From Tubiluchus corallicola (taxonomy: Eukaryota > Animalia > Priapulida): a stretch of DNA of 64,000 nucleotides. The DNA lies in contig JAQGDQ010002399.1 in assembly GCA_030141605.1 (NCBI GenBank), forward strand, positions 29,220-93,219. The letters are read 5' to 3'. The position numbers and the translations under genes are program-made. The notes beneath the pieces were generated by a model. That model was not told the DNA's origin. It worked only from the letters and a program-made list of their open reading frames with translations, and made no database searches. Below are positions 38,018 through 48,880 of the stretch, piece by piece. How positions within the stretch are numbered: position 1 is the first letter of the stretch; each line of letters opens with the position of its first letter.

Positions 38018-39013
38018 ATGAAAAAAACGTTAGAAAAGCTAATTACGGGTTATACTTTAACACAAGAAGAAGCTAGAACTATATTGTTGAGCATTACCAA
38101 CGACAAGTATAATGAAATAGAAACTACGGCTTTTGTTTTTGCTTTTGCGATGCGACCTATTACTGCCGAAGAATTGTCGGGTTTTCGCGATGCTTTATTA
38201 GAGATATGTGTAAAGATAGATACATCTGCCCACAACACTATAGACCTGTGCGGCACAGGGGGCGACGGTAAGGATACTTTCAACATATCTACACTGGCAT
38301 CCTTCGTAGTAGCAGGAGCAGACCAAAAGGTGGTAAAGCACGGCAATTATGGAGTGTCTTCGCCTTGTGGTTCGTCCAACATTATAGAAGGCTTTGGAGT
38401 AAAACTGACCAATGATGAAGCTAAGTTGCAAAAAACCTTAGAAAAGGCAAACATTTGCTACCTGCACGCTCCACTGTTCCATCCTGCTATGAAAAAAGTA
38501 GCTAATATACGCCAGTCGCTTCGCATCAAAACTTTTTTCAATATGTTGGGTCCCTTGATGAATCCCTGCTTTCCACAAAACCAATATACGGGTGTGTACC
38601 ATCCTGAACTGCTTTCTCTCTATGAAAATGTATTGAAAACTACACGCAACAATTACATTATTGTTCATTCTAAGGATGGGTATGACGAAGTATCTCTCAC
38701 GGATGAATTTTATATAAAATCCTGTTTTTCTACGGAAGAATTGGAACACCCATTTTTCACAGAAAATCGCTATCGGCAAGAAGAATTAAAAGGCGGTGAT
38801 GATATAAAATCTTCATTGAAAACCTTTGAAGATATATTAAAAGGAAATGGTACAGAGGCTCAAAACAATGTAGTAGTAGCTAATGCTTCGTTAGCTTTGA
38901 AATGCTTGCTTCCCAAAACCAATATAAACATATGTATTGAAAAAGCACAAAAATCGCTTCACGATGGCAAAGCCTTAAAAGCTTTAAGCAATTTGCTGAA
39001 ATACCAGCAGTAA
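38018..39013 (+). CDS. trpD: Anthranilate phosphoribosyltransferase
   Basis: DLCGTGGDG, FNIST, KHGN, FHPAM, FNMLGPL, DGYDE. Confidence 0.95.
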   Translation: MKKTLEKLITGYTLTQEEARTILLSITNDKYNEIETTAFVFAFAMRPITAEELSGFRDALLEICVKIDTSAHNTIDLCGTGGDGKDTFNISTLASFVVAGADQKVVKHGNYGVSSPCGSSNIIEGFGVKLTNDEAKLQKTLEKANICYLHAPLFHPAMKKVANIRQSLRIKTFFNMLGPLMNPCFPQNQYTGVYHPELLSLYENVLKTTRNNYIIVHSKDGYDEVSLTDEFYIKSCFSTEELEHPFFTENRYRQEELKGGDDIKSSLKTFEDILKGNGTEAQNNVVVANASLALKCLLPKTNINICIEKAQKSLHDGKALKALSNLLKYQQ

Positions 39014-39126
39014 AAGTAGTTAAGGACAACTTTTATATCTTATACCTTCTTGTAGGAATGAGTTGTTGTTTGCCTTTACAAAGTGGAATATATCGGACTC
39101 AATGAACATGTTATTAGTAAAATTTA

Positions 39127-39134
39127 TACCTTTG
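39127..39134 (+). promoter_or_regulatory. Sigma-A -7 element for guaA
   Basis: TACCTTTG about 30 bp upstream of the TTG start. Confidence 0.6.
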
Positions 39135-39163
39135 TTAAGGAATTATTAATTAAATAATACGAT

Positions 39164-40699
39164 TTGTCTGTGCAAGAAAGGATAATAATTGTAGATTGTG
39201 GTTCACAATACACACAATTGATAGCTCGCAGAGTAAGAGAGCTTAATATATATTGTGAAATATACCCTTATAATAAAGAAATAAAGACGGATTCTACGCT
39301 CAAAGGGGTTATTATTTCCGGAAGTCCTCATTCTGTAAATAATGAAAATGCTCCACAACTAAAATTAGAGGCTTATCGTAAAAAATTTCCTCTACTTGGT
39401 ATTTGTTATGGCTCGCAGTATTTGGTAAAGTACAATGGGGGAGAGGTAGTAAAGTCAGCAACAAGAGAGTTTGGCAGAGCCAACCTATCCTTTGTAGATA
39501 CCGAAAGTACGTTGTTGGAAAGTATTCCTCATAACACACAGGTGTGGATGTCGCATAGCGATACTATTAGCAAGTTGCCTACTGGATTTAAGGTTATAGC
39601 TAGCACCAATGATATAAGAAATGCTGCTTACCAAATAGAAGGAGAAAATACTTTTGGATTGCAGTTTCATCCAGAAGTATACCATACTACTAATGGAAAA
39701 AAGATAATAGAAAATTTTTTAGTGGGTATATGTAAGTGTAGTCAAAACTGGACTCCTCTTTCATTTGTTAAAACCTCTGTGGCTGATATAAAGAATACCG
39801 TAAAGGAAGATAATGTTATACTTGGTTTGTCGGGTGGGGTAGATTCTACTGTGGCTGCTGTGCTGATACATAAGGCTATTGGAAAACAGCTTACTTGTAT
39901 TTTTGTAGACAATGGTTTGCTGCGTAAAAACGAGTATGAAACTGTTTATCAAAAATATCAAGAACTAGGTTTGAACGTAATAGCCGTAGATGCTAAAAAC
40001 AAATTTCTTATGCCTTTGAAAGGTGTGAGCGACCCTGAAAAGAAAAGAAAAATAATTGGCAAAGTTTTTATTGATGTGTTCAATGAAGAAGCTCAAAAAA
40101 TAAAGAATGCTAAATGGTTGGCACAGGGGACTATTTATCCTGATGTGATAGAATCAGTATCAGTAAATGGCCCTTCGGCAACTATCAAATCGCATCACAA
40201 CGTAGGTGGGCTACCCGAAAAGATGCATCTTAAAATATTAGAACCTCTTAACTTGTTGTTTAAAGATGAAGTGAGACGAATAGGAGATTCGCTAGGGATA
40301 GATGATAAGTTTTTGAAAAGACATCCGTTTCCGGGACCGGGGCTTGCTATACGCATCATTGGAGAGATAACCGAAGAGAAAACAGCTGTCTTACAGGAAG
40401 CTGACTATATATTTATTAATAAACTTAAAGAAAAGAAATTATACGACCAAGTGTGGCAGGCTGCTACTATATTGTTGCCTATACAGTCGGTAGGAGTAAT
40501 GGGCGATGAGAGAACTTATGAGAATGTAGTAGTTTTGAGGGCTGTTGCCTCTACTGATGGTATGACTGCTGATTGGGTGCATCTGCCGTATCAGTTTCTT
40601 GCTGAAATATCTAACGAGATAATTAATAAAGTAAAAGGTATCAATAGGGTAGTATACGACATTAGCTCAAAACCACCTGCTACCATAGAGTGGGAGTAA
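39164..40699 (+). CDS. guaA: GMP synthase (glutamine-hydrolysing)
   Basis: [56 protein letters not shown]. Confidence 0.97.
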   Translation: MSVQERIIIVDCGSQYTQLIARRVRELNIYCEIYPYNKEIKTDSTLKGVIISGSPHSVNNENAPQLKLEAYRKKFPLLGICYGSQYLVKYNGGEVVKSATREFGRANLSFVDTESTLLESIPHNTQVWMSHSDTISKLPTGFKVIASTNDIRNAAYQIEGENTFGLQFHPEVYHTTNGKKIIENFLVGICKCSQNWTPLSFVKTSVADIKNTVKEDNVILGLSGGVDSTVAAVLIHKAIGKQLTCIFVDNGLLRKNEYETVYQKYQELGLNVIAVDAKNKFLMPLKGVSDPEKKRKIIGKVFIDVFNEEAQKIKNAKWLAQGTIYPDVIESVSVNGPSATIKSHHNVGGLPEKMHLKILEPLNLLFKDEVRRIGDSLGIDDKFLKRHPFPGPGLAIRIIGEITEEKTAVLQEADYIFINKLKEKKLYDQVWQAATILLPIQSVGVMGDERTYENVVVLRAVASTDGMTADWVHLPYQFLAEISNEIINKVKGINRVVYDISSKPPATIEWE

Positions 40700-40791
40700 T
40701 GATATAAAAAGATAAAGGCAATTTATTATACAAACAAGTTTGTTAAATGAATAGGAGTTGTATGTAAATTGTTTTAGTTAAAATAAGATTT

Positions 40792-41571
40792 ATGGAGTGG
40801 TATTATATTGTAACAGTTATTGTCGTAGGGTTCTTTGCTGGCTATATCAATGTATTTGCAGGAGGTGGGTCTATTTTAAGTTTGTCTTTTTTAATGTTCA
40901 TAGGATTGCCTCCTACTGTGGCTAATGGTACAATAAGGGTGGCTGTTTTTCTTCAAACTTTGGTAGTATCTGCTAGTTTCAAAAAACAAAAAGTATTGGA
41001 TGTAAAGCAAAGTTGGCGATATGCTATACCTGCAGTAATAGGGGCTTTTGTAGGTGCGCGATTAGCCGTTTCTATCGACGATAATCTGATGGAGAAGGTT
41101 ATAGGTATTATACTTGTAGTGATGCTGCTAATGGTAATTTTGAAGCCTGATACTTGGATAAATGGTAAGGAGCATTTAACTAAGGCGAGGCCAAGTATTA
41201 TACAGATTATTGTGTTATTTTTTATAGGAGTTTATGGTGGTTTTATTCAGGTAGGTATTGGTTTTTTTCTTATTGCAGGCTTGGTGTTAGGAGCTGGGTT
41301 AAATTTGTTGAAGACTAATGCTGTGAAAGTGTTTATTGTGTTGTTGTATTCTCCTATTGCTTTGGCTACTTTTATGTATTACGGTCAGGTGGATTATGTT
41401 TGGGGACTTTTACTTGGTTTGGGCAATATGAGTGGTGGTTATCTTGCTTCGCGTATGGCTGTGAAAAAAGGGCCTCAATTTGCTCGTTATGTTTTGATAT
41501 TTGTTATTATATTTGCTTCACTTAAGTTTTTGGGAGTGTATGATTATGTGAAGGATTTTTTTGTGCAGTGA
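40792..41571 (+). CDS. TSUP (TauE/SafE) family membrane transporter
   Basis: AGYINVFAGGGS, ANGT, GVYGGFIQVGIG; about 8 TM helices. Confidence 0.88.
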   Translation: MEWYYIVTVIVVGFFAGYINVFAGGGSILSLSFLMFIGLPPTVANGTIRVAVFLQTLVVSASFKKQKVLDVKQSWRYAIPAVIGAFVGARLAVSIDDNLMEKVIGIILVVMLLMVILKPDTWINGKEHLTKARPSIIQIIVLFFIGVYGGFIQVGIGFFLIAGLVLGAGLNLLKTNAVKVFIVLLYSPIALATFMYYGQVDYVWGLLLGLGNMSGGYLASRMAVKKGPQFARYVLIFVIIFASLKFLGVYDYVKDFFVQ

Positions 41572-41614
41572 TAATTGATGGGTAGAGGTATGTATTTTAA
41601 AAGATTTTTGAATT

Positions 41615-42961
41615 ATGAAAGTTCATTTATTGACGGCTATTTCGCCTGTTGATGGTAGGTATAGGGGCAAGGTTGATAGCTTGGCCTTGTATTTTTCAGA
41701 GTATGCGTTGATTAAATATCGTGTGTTAGTAGAGATTGAATATTTTATTGCCTTGTGCGAGCATCCGTTGGAGCAGTTGCAAGGCGTTGATGAGAAGGCG
41801 TTCGAAAAGTTGAGAGCTGTTTACAAGGATTTTAGTATTGAGGAGGCAGAGAAAGTAAAGAACATTGAGACTACTACCAATCACGATATTAAGGCGGTAG
41901 AGTATTATATTAAAGAAAAATTCGATGAGTTGGGGCTAGGAAAGTATAAGGAGTTTGTGCATTTTGGTCTTACTTCGCAAGATATTAACAATACGGCTAT
42001 GCCTTGTTCTTTGCGCGATGCTGCCCACAATGTGTATTATCCTTTATTGGGTGAGTTGATTGATAGGCTTGAGGGTTTAGTGAGCGACTGGAAGGATATG
42101 CCTATGTTAGCTCGTACGCACGGACAGCCTGCTTCGCCTACGAGGTTGGGTAAGGAAATAAGGGTGTTTGTGGAACGGCTGACTACTCAGTTAAATTTGT
42201 TGAAAAAAGTACCTTGTTCGGCTAAGTTTGGAGGTGCTACTGGTAATTTTAATGCTCACGTAGTGGCTTATCCTGATGTTGATTGGGAGGTGTTTGGCAA
42301 TAAGTTTGTGAATGAAGTATTGAAGTTGGAAAGAGAGAAGTGTACTACGCAGATTTCCAACTATGATAATTTTGGTGCGATTTTTGATAATTTTAAGCGG
42401 ATTAATATTATTCTTATAGATTTTGCGAGGGATATATGGCAGTATATTGCTATGGATTATTTTAAGCAAAGGATAAGGAAAGGAGAAGTGGGCTCTTCTG
42501 CTATGCCTCATAAGGTCAATCCTATTGATTTTGAAAATGCAGAGGGTAATTTGGGTGTAGCAAATGCTATTTTTGAGCATTTGACGTGTAAGTTGCCTAT
42601 TTCTAGGTTGCAGAGAGACCTTACAGACTCTACGGTGCTGCGAAATATGGGAGTACCTATTGCTCATACGGTAGTAGCTATTAGATCCTTGTTGCGGGGT
42701 GTTGGTAAGCTAATTATCAATAAGGACGCTATCTTGGGAGATTTGGAGAGCAATTGGAGTGTGGTAGCAGAGGCTATTCAAACAATTTTGAGGCGCGAAG
42801 GCTATCCCAATCCTTATGAAGTTTTAAAAGATTTAACAAGAAAGAACACAAAGGTAGATAAGGATAGTATGAGGGCATTTATAGATGGGCTGGATGTGGA
42901 TGAGAAGGTAAAAGACGAGTTAAGAGCTATTGACCCTTATAATTATACGGGAATGGCTTAA
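41615..42961 (+). CDS. purB: Adenylosuccinate lyase
   Basis: AISPVDGRY, TNHDIKAVEY, HFGLTSQD, RTHGQ, GSSAMPHKVNPIDFENAEGN, SRLQRDLTDS. Confidence 0.97.
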   Translation: MKVHLLTAISPVDGRYRGKVDSLALYFSEYALIKYRVLVEIEYFIALCEHPLEQLQGVDEKAFEKLRAVYKDFSIEEAEKVKNIETTTNHDIKAVEYYIKEKFDELGLGKYKEFVHFGLTSQDINNTAMPCSLRDAAHNVYYPLLGELIDRLEGLVSDWKDMPMLARTHGQPASPTRLGKEIRVFVERLTTQLNLLKKVPCSAKFGGATGNFNAHVVAYPDVDWEVFGNKFVNEVLKLEREKCTTQISNYDNFGAIFDNFKRINIILIDFARDIWQYIAMDYFKQRIRKGEVGSSAMPHKVNPIDFENAEGNLGVANAIFEHLTCKLPISRLQRDLTDSTVLRNMGVPIAHTVVAIRSLLRGVGKLIINKDAILGDLESNWSVVAEAIQTILRREGYPNPYEVLKDLTRKNTKVDKDSMRAFIDGLDVDEKVKDELRAIDPYNYTGMA

Positions 42962-43065
42962 AAATAGGCTTTGTATCTTAAAAATTCAAATATAAAAAAC
43001 AACAACAATTAGATAAATATTAATTATGAAAAAAAGCTGCTGTACGAACAGTTGTATATTATAGA

Positions 43066-44892
43066 ATGAAAGATTTTTTTAGATTATTTTTTAAATATGT
43101 TCCTAAATATAGAAACTACCTTATATTGAACTTTTTTTTCAATATTTTAGGTGCAGTGTTTGGGGCATTCTCGTTTGCTATGTTTATACCTGCATTGGGT
43201 ATATTATTTGGTACACAGGCTATGGTAACGGAAGAGTTACCTTTTGAGCTTTCAGCAGAAAACTTAAAGCATCAATTTTATTTTCTTACAAGTAGTGTGG
43301 TTATTAATTTGGGCGAAGGTTTTGCTTTACTTTTAGTAGGAATGTTCCTTGTTTTGTCCGTGTTTTTTAAAGTGGGTTTTACTTATTTAGGTGAATATGT
43401 GTTGATTTTTGTTCGCAATGGTATTGTACGAGATATAAGAAATTTGATGAGTAAAAAAATATTGAAATTGCCTGTGCTATTTTTTAACGATGAGCAAAAA
43501 GGCGATATTATGTCTCGGGTAAGTAGTGATGTGAATGTGATAGAGTTATCTATAATGGATTCTATTAATGCTCTTTTCAAGAATCCTATTATTATCGTTA
43601 TTTCGCTGGTAGTAATGATTTATATGAGCTGGCACTTGACTCTCTTTGTTTTTGTATTGCTACCTATTAGTGGTTATATTATAGGTCAGTTGGGAAAAAC
43701 ATTAAAAAAATCATCTTTCCAAATTCAATCTAAATTGGGCGAAATTCTATCTTCGATAGATGAAATGATAACGGGCTTGAAAATTATCAAAGCTTTTAAT
43801 GCGGAGAAAAAAGTAGGAGAGAACTTTAATAATGTGAATGAAGATTTTAGGAGTATCAACACTTACTTTATGAGAAGGTATAGTTTGGCAAATCCTGTGA
43901 GTGAGTTTCTTGGAACGACTACTATTGTTATTATATTGTGGTATGGGGGTACTCTTGTGTTGAACCAAGAAAGCGATTTATCTGCTCAATCATTTATTGG
44001 GTATTTAGTGTTTTTTTATAGTATTATTAATCCTGCAAAAGCATTTTCAAGTGCTATTTATTCTATTAAGAAAGGAATGGCTGCATCTGATAGGGTGGAT
44101 AAAATATTAAAGGCTCGTAATAACATAAAAGAAAGATTGAATCCTAGAATTTTAACAAATTTTTCGAACAAAATAGAATATAAGGATGTTCATTTTCAAT
44201 ATTTTAGCTATGATGATAGGTATGTATTGCAGGAAGTAAATCTTACTATCCACAAAGGACACAAAATAGCATTAGTTGGGCAGTCAGGGGCAGGGAAATC
44301 GACTTTGGTCGATTTGTTGCCACGTTTTTTTGATGCTACAAAGGGTAGTATTTTAATAGATAGGGTAGACATAAGAAACTTGTCCTTGTATAATTTAAGG
44401 GATTTTATTGGTTATGTAAATCAAGAACCAATTTTGTTTAATGATAGTTTTTATAATAATATTGTTTTTGGTTTAGAGGGAGTAAGCAGAGATGATGTGG
44501 TAGCAGCTGCTAAGATTGCTAATGCCCACGAGTTTATTGAGGAAACGGAGAATGGTTATGACACGAATATAGGCGATAAGGGAGGAAAATTATCAGGTGG
44601 ACAACGACAGCGTATAAGCATAGCAAGAGCTGTGTTGAAAAATCCTCCTATTCTTATTTTAGATGAGGCAACTTCGGCTTTGGATACGGAGTCAGAAAGA
44701 TTGGTGCAGGAAGCAATAGAAAATTTAATGAAAAATAGAACTTCCATTATTGTTGCCCATAGGCTTTCTACGATAAGAAATGCTGATGAAATTGTGGTGA
44801 TGCGACGGGGTAGGATAGTGGAGCAGGGCAAGCACGATGAATTGCTTACAAGAAGGGGTGAATATTTTAAGTTTTACAATATTCAAGTGTAA
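43066..44892 (+). CDS. MsbA-like ABC exporter/flippase (fused TMD-NBD)
   Basis: 6-TM domain; GQSGAGKST, LSGGQRQR, LDEATSALD, AHRLST. Confidence 0.9.
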   Translation: MKDFFRLFFKYVPKYRNYLILNFFFNILGAVFGAFSFAMFIPALGILFGTQAMVTEELPFELSAENLKHQFYFLTSSVVINLGEGFALLLVGMFLVLSVFFKVGFTYLGEYVLIFVRNGIVRDIRNLMSKKILKLPVLFFNDEQKGDIMSRVSSDVNVIELSIMDSINALFKNPIIIVISLVVMIYMSWHLTLFVFVLLPISGYIIGQLGKTLKKSSFQIQSKLGEILSSIDEMITGLKIIKAFNAEKKVGENFNNVNEDFRSINTYFMRRYSLANPVSEFLGTTTIVIILWYGGTLVLNQESDLSAQSFIGYLVFFYSIINPAKAFSSAIYSIKKGMAASDRVDKILKARNNIKERLNPRILTNFSNKIEYKDVHFQYFSYDDRYVLQEVNLTIHKGHKIALVGQSGAGKSTLVDLLPRFFDATKGSILIDRVDIRNLSLYNLRDFIGYVNQEPILFNDSFYNNIVFGLEGVSRDDVVAAAKIANAHEFIEETENGYDTNIGDKGGKLSGGQRQRISIARAVLKNPPILILDEATSALDTESERLVQEAIENLMKNRTSIIVAHRLSTIRNADEIVVMRRGRIVEQGKHDELLTRRGEYFKFYNIQV

Positions 44893-44900
44893 ATTAGAAT

Positions 44901-46463
44901 ATGAATAAAATACTAAAATATGGACTTTTTATTTTAATAAGTATTATTTTCCTCAAATCTTATACTTATACTTTTGATAGTAAAATAGATTTGAATGGAG
45001 ATAACATAAATTATTATATCATTGCAAAATCATTAGTAGAAGGTAAGGGCTTTTCTTGGCCCAATACATTACCTCCCAAACCTGCTAATTATCCATCTGG
45101 CTATGTTTTCTTTCTCTCCTTTATTATGTTATTTTCTAAGAATGTCATAGTTTTGAAAATTATCAATGGAGTATTGCTCTTAGCTTCTGTTTTACTTCTA
45201 TTTGTAGTATTAAGGAAATATCTCAAAAACACTGGAATAGCTATTGTTTCTTGTATTTTTGTTTTGCTCAATTTTAGGATGCTGCAATTTGCTTCTATGA
45301 TAATGAGCGAAATGTTGTATACTTTTCTCTCAGTGCTTACATTCTTTGTTTTATTCCGTATTTCTAAAGCAGTTACTCCCTTGAAGAATAAGTATTTTTA
45401 TTTTTTGATAATTCTAACTGCTTTTGCTTATCATGTTCGTCCGCAAGGTATCTCATTGGTGGCAGGGGTTCTTTTTATGTTTCTACTTACAAAAAACTGG
45501 AAGTACTTACTATCTACAGCTTTAGGGTTTATTGTTTTAATTATACCGTGGAAAGTTAGAAACAGATTGGTTGGGTTGGATACTTCTTTTCATTTTAGAG
45601 AAATATTTCTTGTAAATACTTGGAGACCAGAGGAAGGAAAGGTCGATTTTGGAGGTTTAATTGAACGAGCATTTACAAACTTAGAAAGTTATGTAAATAG
45701 TCAAATACCATCTTCTGTATTGTATTATTTAAGACCAGAAAATAACAATTATAATTTAGGAAACTGGTTGTTGGGACTGATAGTAATAGCATTAATAGTA
45801 TATGGTATCTACAAGTTGCCTAAGCTAAAATTGTTTGTAGGAGGGTATTTGTTAGCCAATTTAGGAGCCTTATTTATTATTCCTTATGGTGTTGCATCTG
45901 ATGGTAGATATTTTATTACTATAATTCCATTTTTGGTTTTTACATTTCTTTGGGGGCTTTATGTTTTAACAATAAAAATACTAGAAGCTAAGAAAATTAA
46001 TTACAAAAAAATTCAACCTATAATACCGTATCTGTTTTTAATTTTAGTTATTCCTGTTCAAACTTCATTAAAACCTTTAAACGAAGGAGCGAAAAGACCC
46101 CAGCACAATCCTGCACATGCTAACTATTTTGAAATTGCAAAGCTGATAGGAAAAAAAGCTCCTGAAAATACTGTTATATGTTGTAGAAAGCCATCGCTTT
46201 TTTATTTTTATGCAGAACGACCTACTGTCAATTACGTAAAAAGTTTGGATGATAAAGAGGTGATAAAGGGCTTGATAAATAAGAATGTTGATTTTGTTGT
46301 GTTAGAGCAATTGGGCTATAGTTCTACTTCTCGGTATTTATTACCTGCAATACAAAAGAATCAGAGTTTGTTTAAAGTAATACTGCACTTAAAGGATCCT
46401 GACACCTATTTACTAAGCTTTGATAAAAAGGAGGCTAAAAAAAAGTTAAACTTAGATGAATAA
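44901..46463 (+). CDS. GT-C fold membrane glycosyltransferase (PMT_2/ArnT-like)
   Basis: DLNGDNINYY..AKSL loop after TM1, YPSGY, MSE, R.QG, DGRYF; more than 10 TM helices and a soluble C-terminal domain. Confidence 0.7.
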   Translation: MNKILKYGLFILISIIFLKSYTYTFDSKIDLNGDNINYYIIAKSLVEGKGFSWPNTLPPKPANYPSGYVFFLSFIMLFSKNVIVLKIINGVLLLASVLLLFVVLRKYLKNTGIAIVSCIFVLLNFRMLQFASMIMSEMLYTFLSVLTFFVLFRISKAVTPLKNKYFYFLIILTAFAYHVRPQGISLVAGVLFMFLLTKNWKYLLSTALGFIVLIIPWKVRNRLVGLDTSFHFREIFLVNTWRPEEGKVDFGGLIERAFTNLESYVNSQIPSSVLYYLRPENNNYNLGNWLLGLIVIALIVYGIYKLPKLKLFVGGYLLANLGALFIIPYGVASDGRYFITIIPFLVFTFLWGLYVLTIKILEAKKINYKKIQPIIPYLFLILVIPVQTSLKPLNEGAKRPQHNPAHANYFEIAKLIGKKAPENTVICCRKPSLFYFYAERPTVNYVKSLDDKEVIKGLINKNVDFVVLEQLGYSSTSRYLLPAIQKNQSLFKVILHLKDPDTYLLSFDKKEAKKKLNLDE

Positions 46464-47412
46464 TATAGTTGTAGTAATTCCTGCTTTTAAAGTAAAAAAA
46501 CATATTCTATCTGTTATTTCTGAAATAGATAATACTGTTAATAGTATTATTGTAGTGGATGATAAATGTCCTGAAAAAAGTGGAGAATATGTTAAAAACA
46601 AGTGCAAAGATCCAAGGGTAATAGTAATATTTAGTGATAAAAATTTGGGAGTAGGAGGAGCAGTAAAATTAGGGTTTCAAAAGGCTTTGGAGCTGGATGT
46701 GGATATTGCGGTTAAAGTTGATGGGGACGGACAAATGCCTCCTAAATTAATCTCCAAACTTATAAAGCCAATAATATTAAAAAGAGCTGATTATGTAAAA
46801 GGCAATAGGTTTCGCAATGTAGATACTCTATTACGAATGCCTAATGTAAGACTTGTTGGTAACAGTTTCTTATCATTGATAAATAAATTTGTGAATGGGT
46901 ATTGGAGTGTTATGGATCCTACGAATGGGTTTGTTGCTATCAATAGTACAGCTCTAAAACTATTACCTCTCAATAAAATTGATAATGGTTATTTTTTTGA
47001 GAGTGATATGTTGTTTAGGTTATCTACAATAAGAGCTGTTGTCAGAGAACTGCCTATGGACTCTTTTTATGCAGATGAGGTTAGTAGTTTAAGAATTAAT
47101 AAAATTTTATTTAGTTTTACTTGTAAATATATTAACAGGTTTTTTAAAAGAATTTTTTATTCTTATTTTCTCAGGGATTTCAATGTTGCTTCTTTAGAAA
47201 TAATAACTGGTTTAACCTTATTTGTTACAGGTGCTATTTTGGGTTGCTTTTTTTTGTATGATAGTTTGTACTATAACATTCAAGCAACAAGTGGACAAGT
47301 TATGTTAGCTACATTACCCATTATTTTAGGCTTCATCCTCTTATTAATGGCTTTACATATAGATATTGCAAATGTACCTAAGGAGCCGTTATCCGAATTG
47401 GAAATAGAATAA
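46456..47412 (+). CDS. GT2 polyprenol-phosphate glycosyltransferase (DPM1/GtrB-like)
   Basis: VVIPA, VVDD, NLGVGGA, DGDGQ, KGNRF, DPTNGF, FFESD; two C-terminal TM helices. Confidence 0.88.
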   Translation: MNNIVVVIPAFKVKKHILSVISEIDNTVNSIIVVDDKCPEKSGEYVKNKCKDPRVIVIFSDKNLGVGGAVKLGFQKALELDVDIAVKVDGDGQMPPKLISKLIKPIILKRADYVKGNRFRNVDTLLRMPNVRLVGNSFLSLINKFVNGYWSVMDPTNGFVAINSTALKLLPLNKIDNGYFFESDMLFRLSTIRAVVRELPMDSFYADEVSSLRINKILFSFTCKYINRFFKRIFYSYFLRDFNVASLEIITGLTLFVTGAILGCFFLYDSLYYNIQATSGQVMLATLPIILGFILLLMALHIDIANVPKEPLSELEIE

Positions 47413-47415
47413 TTT

Positions 47416-47811
47416 TTATTTTATCTTATTTCTTATCTTTTCTGCAATTTTCTCCATTTCTTTGGCTGGAAGTTTTAACTTAGGTTTAGAGAAATTAAGG
47501 TCACCTTCACTGCATAATGGCACAAGGTGTATATGTGTGTGCGGTACTTCCATTCCAAGAACGGCTGTACCTATTCTTTTGCAAGGTATAGCTTTTTCTA
47601 TGGCGTGGGCTACTCGTTTTGCAAAAGCGTGAAGTCCAAGATAAAGCTCATCGTCCAAGTCAAAAAGATAATCAACTTCTTTTTTAGGTATTACAAGGGT
47701 ATGACCTTTGGTAAGTGGAGCAATATCTAAAAAAGCATAGAAATTTTCATCTTCTGCGATTTTATAAGAAGGTATTTCCTTATTTATTATTTTAGTAAAG
47801 ATAGTAGGCAT
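47416..47811 (-). CDS. HIT family protein
   Basis: IFTKII, AFLDI.P, GHTLVIPK, EVPHTHIHLVP. Confidence 0.93.
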   Translation of the reverse strand: MPTIFTKIINKEIPSYKIAEDENFYAFLDIAPLTKGHTLVIPKKEVDYLFDLDDELYLGLHAFAKRVAHAIEKAIPCKRIGTAVLGMEVPHTHIHLVPLCSEGDLNFSKPKLKLPAKEMEKIAEKIRNKIK

Positions 47812-47855
47812 AGTTCGAGATTGAAACTTTTATTTATTTTCAAGTTTTATATAGG

Positions 47856-48332
47856 TTAAATAGAAATTTCTATTATTTCAAAAGGTATTTTCCCTGATGG
47901 AACTTGTATTTCTACTTTATCGCCTACTTTTTTTCCGAGTAGTCCTTTGGCAATAGGTGTTTCTACAGATATTTTATTTTGTTTCAAATCTGCTTCCGTT
48001 TCTGCGACTAAGGTGTATTCCATTGTAGTGTTATTGTTATTGTTTTTTATTTTCACCTTATTGAGTATTTGCACCGTCGATGTATCTATTTTTGATTCAT
48101 CTATTATTCTTGCGTTGGAAATATTTTCTTTTAGTTTTGCTATTTTGGTTTCGAGCAGTCCTTGGGCTTCTTTTGCAGCATCGTACTCTGCATTTTCAGA
48201 CAAGTCGCCTTTGTCTCTGGCCTCTGCTATTGCTTTTGAAGCAGCAGGGCGTTCTACAGATTCCAGTAGCCTTAGTTCTTCTCTTAGCTTGCCTAATCCT
48301 TCTTTTGTAAGGTATAATATATTTGTTGCCAT
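47856..48332 (-). CDS. greA: Transcription elongation factor GreA
   Basis: AIAEARDKGDLSENAEYDAAKE, IS..TPIAKGLLGK. Confidence 0.97.
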   Translation of the reverse strand: MATNILYLTKEGLGKLREELRLLESVERPAASKAIAEARDKGDLSENAEYDAAKEAQGLLETKIAKLKENISNARIIDESKIDTSTVQILNKVKIKNNNNNTTMEYTLVAETEADLKQNKISVETPIAKGLLGKKVGDKVEIQVPSGKIPFEIIEISI

Positions 48333-48367
48333 AGTATTTCTCTTTTAGTGTTTGGCTTTCTATTGAT

Positions 48368-48769
48368 TTAACTATATTTTTTATTAAGTATTTCGGAGTA
48401 AATAATTGCTTTTCGTAGATCCATTTGCTCTATAATGTCTTCTTCATAGTTTGTTTTATCATCAATTTGTTGTGCTTTTATTTTTTCCTTTGTCTTTTTT
48501 CTCTTATCCTTTTCAATTTTTGTATTATAGGGTGTTACAACGTCTATTTTTTTATTCTTTATATCTTCTATGCCTTCAGTGGTAGGGGCAGTTTGCATTT
48601 CAATGGCTTGCTCTTTTTCTTCCATCATCTTTGGCAAAGGCTCTGCCATATCATCAATAGTAGTAACTTCTGGTTGTGGCAATATTTTTTTCTTTTTCCT
48701 CAATAGGCTACTAATGACAGAAAAAACAACGATAAGTATATAAAATAGTATTTCTAAGTTATCTTTCAT
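48368..48769 (-). CDS. Hypothetical membrane-anchored protein
   Basis: N-terminal TM helix, C-terminal DLRKAIIYSEILNKKY motif typical of Bacteroidota. Confidence 0.7.
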   Translation of the reverse strand: MKDNLEILFYILIVVFSVISSLLRKKKKILPQPEVTTIDDMAEPLPKMMEEKEQAIEMQTAPTTEGIEDIKNKKIDVVTPYNTKIEKDKRKKTKEKIKAQQIDDKTNYEEDIIEQMDLRKAIIYSEILNKKYS

Positions 48770-48880
48770 CTTAATTTAAAAAAAGTTTTTAGGTTCGAAC
48801 GCAGTATAAAATTAAAAAGCAACAAATATATAAATAAATTAAATATCTTTGTATAACAAGTAATTTATAACTTAAAGATA

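Noticed and set aside
40792-41571. TauE/SafE exporter as part of the sulfatase PUL
   Set aside because: More than 10 kb away and embedded between guaA and purB; no supporting linkage
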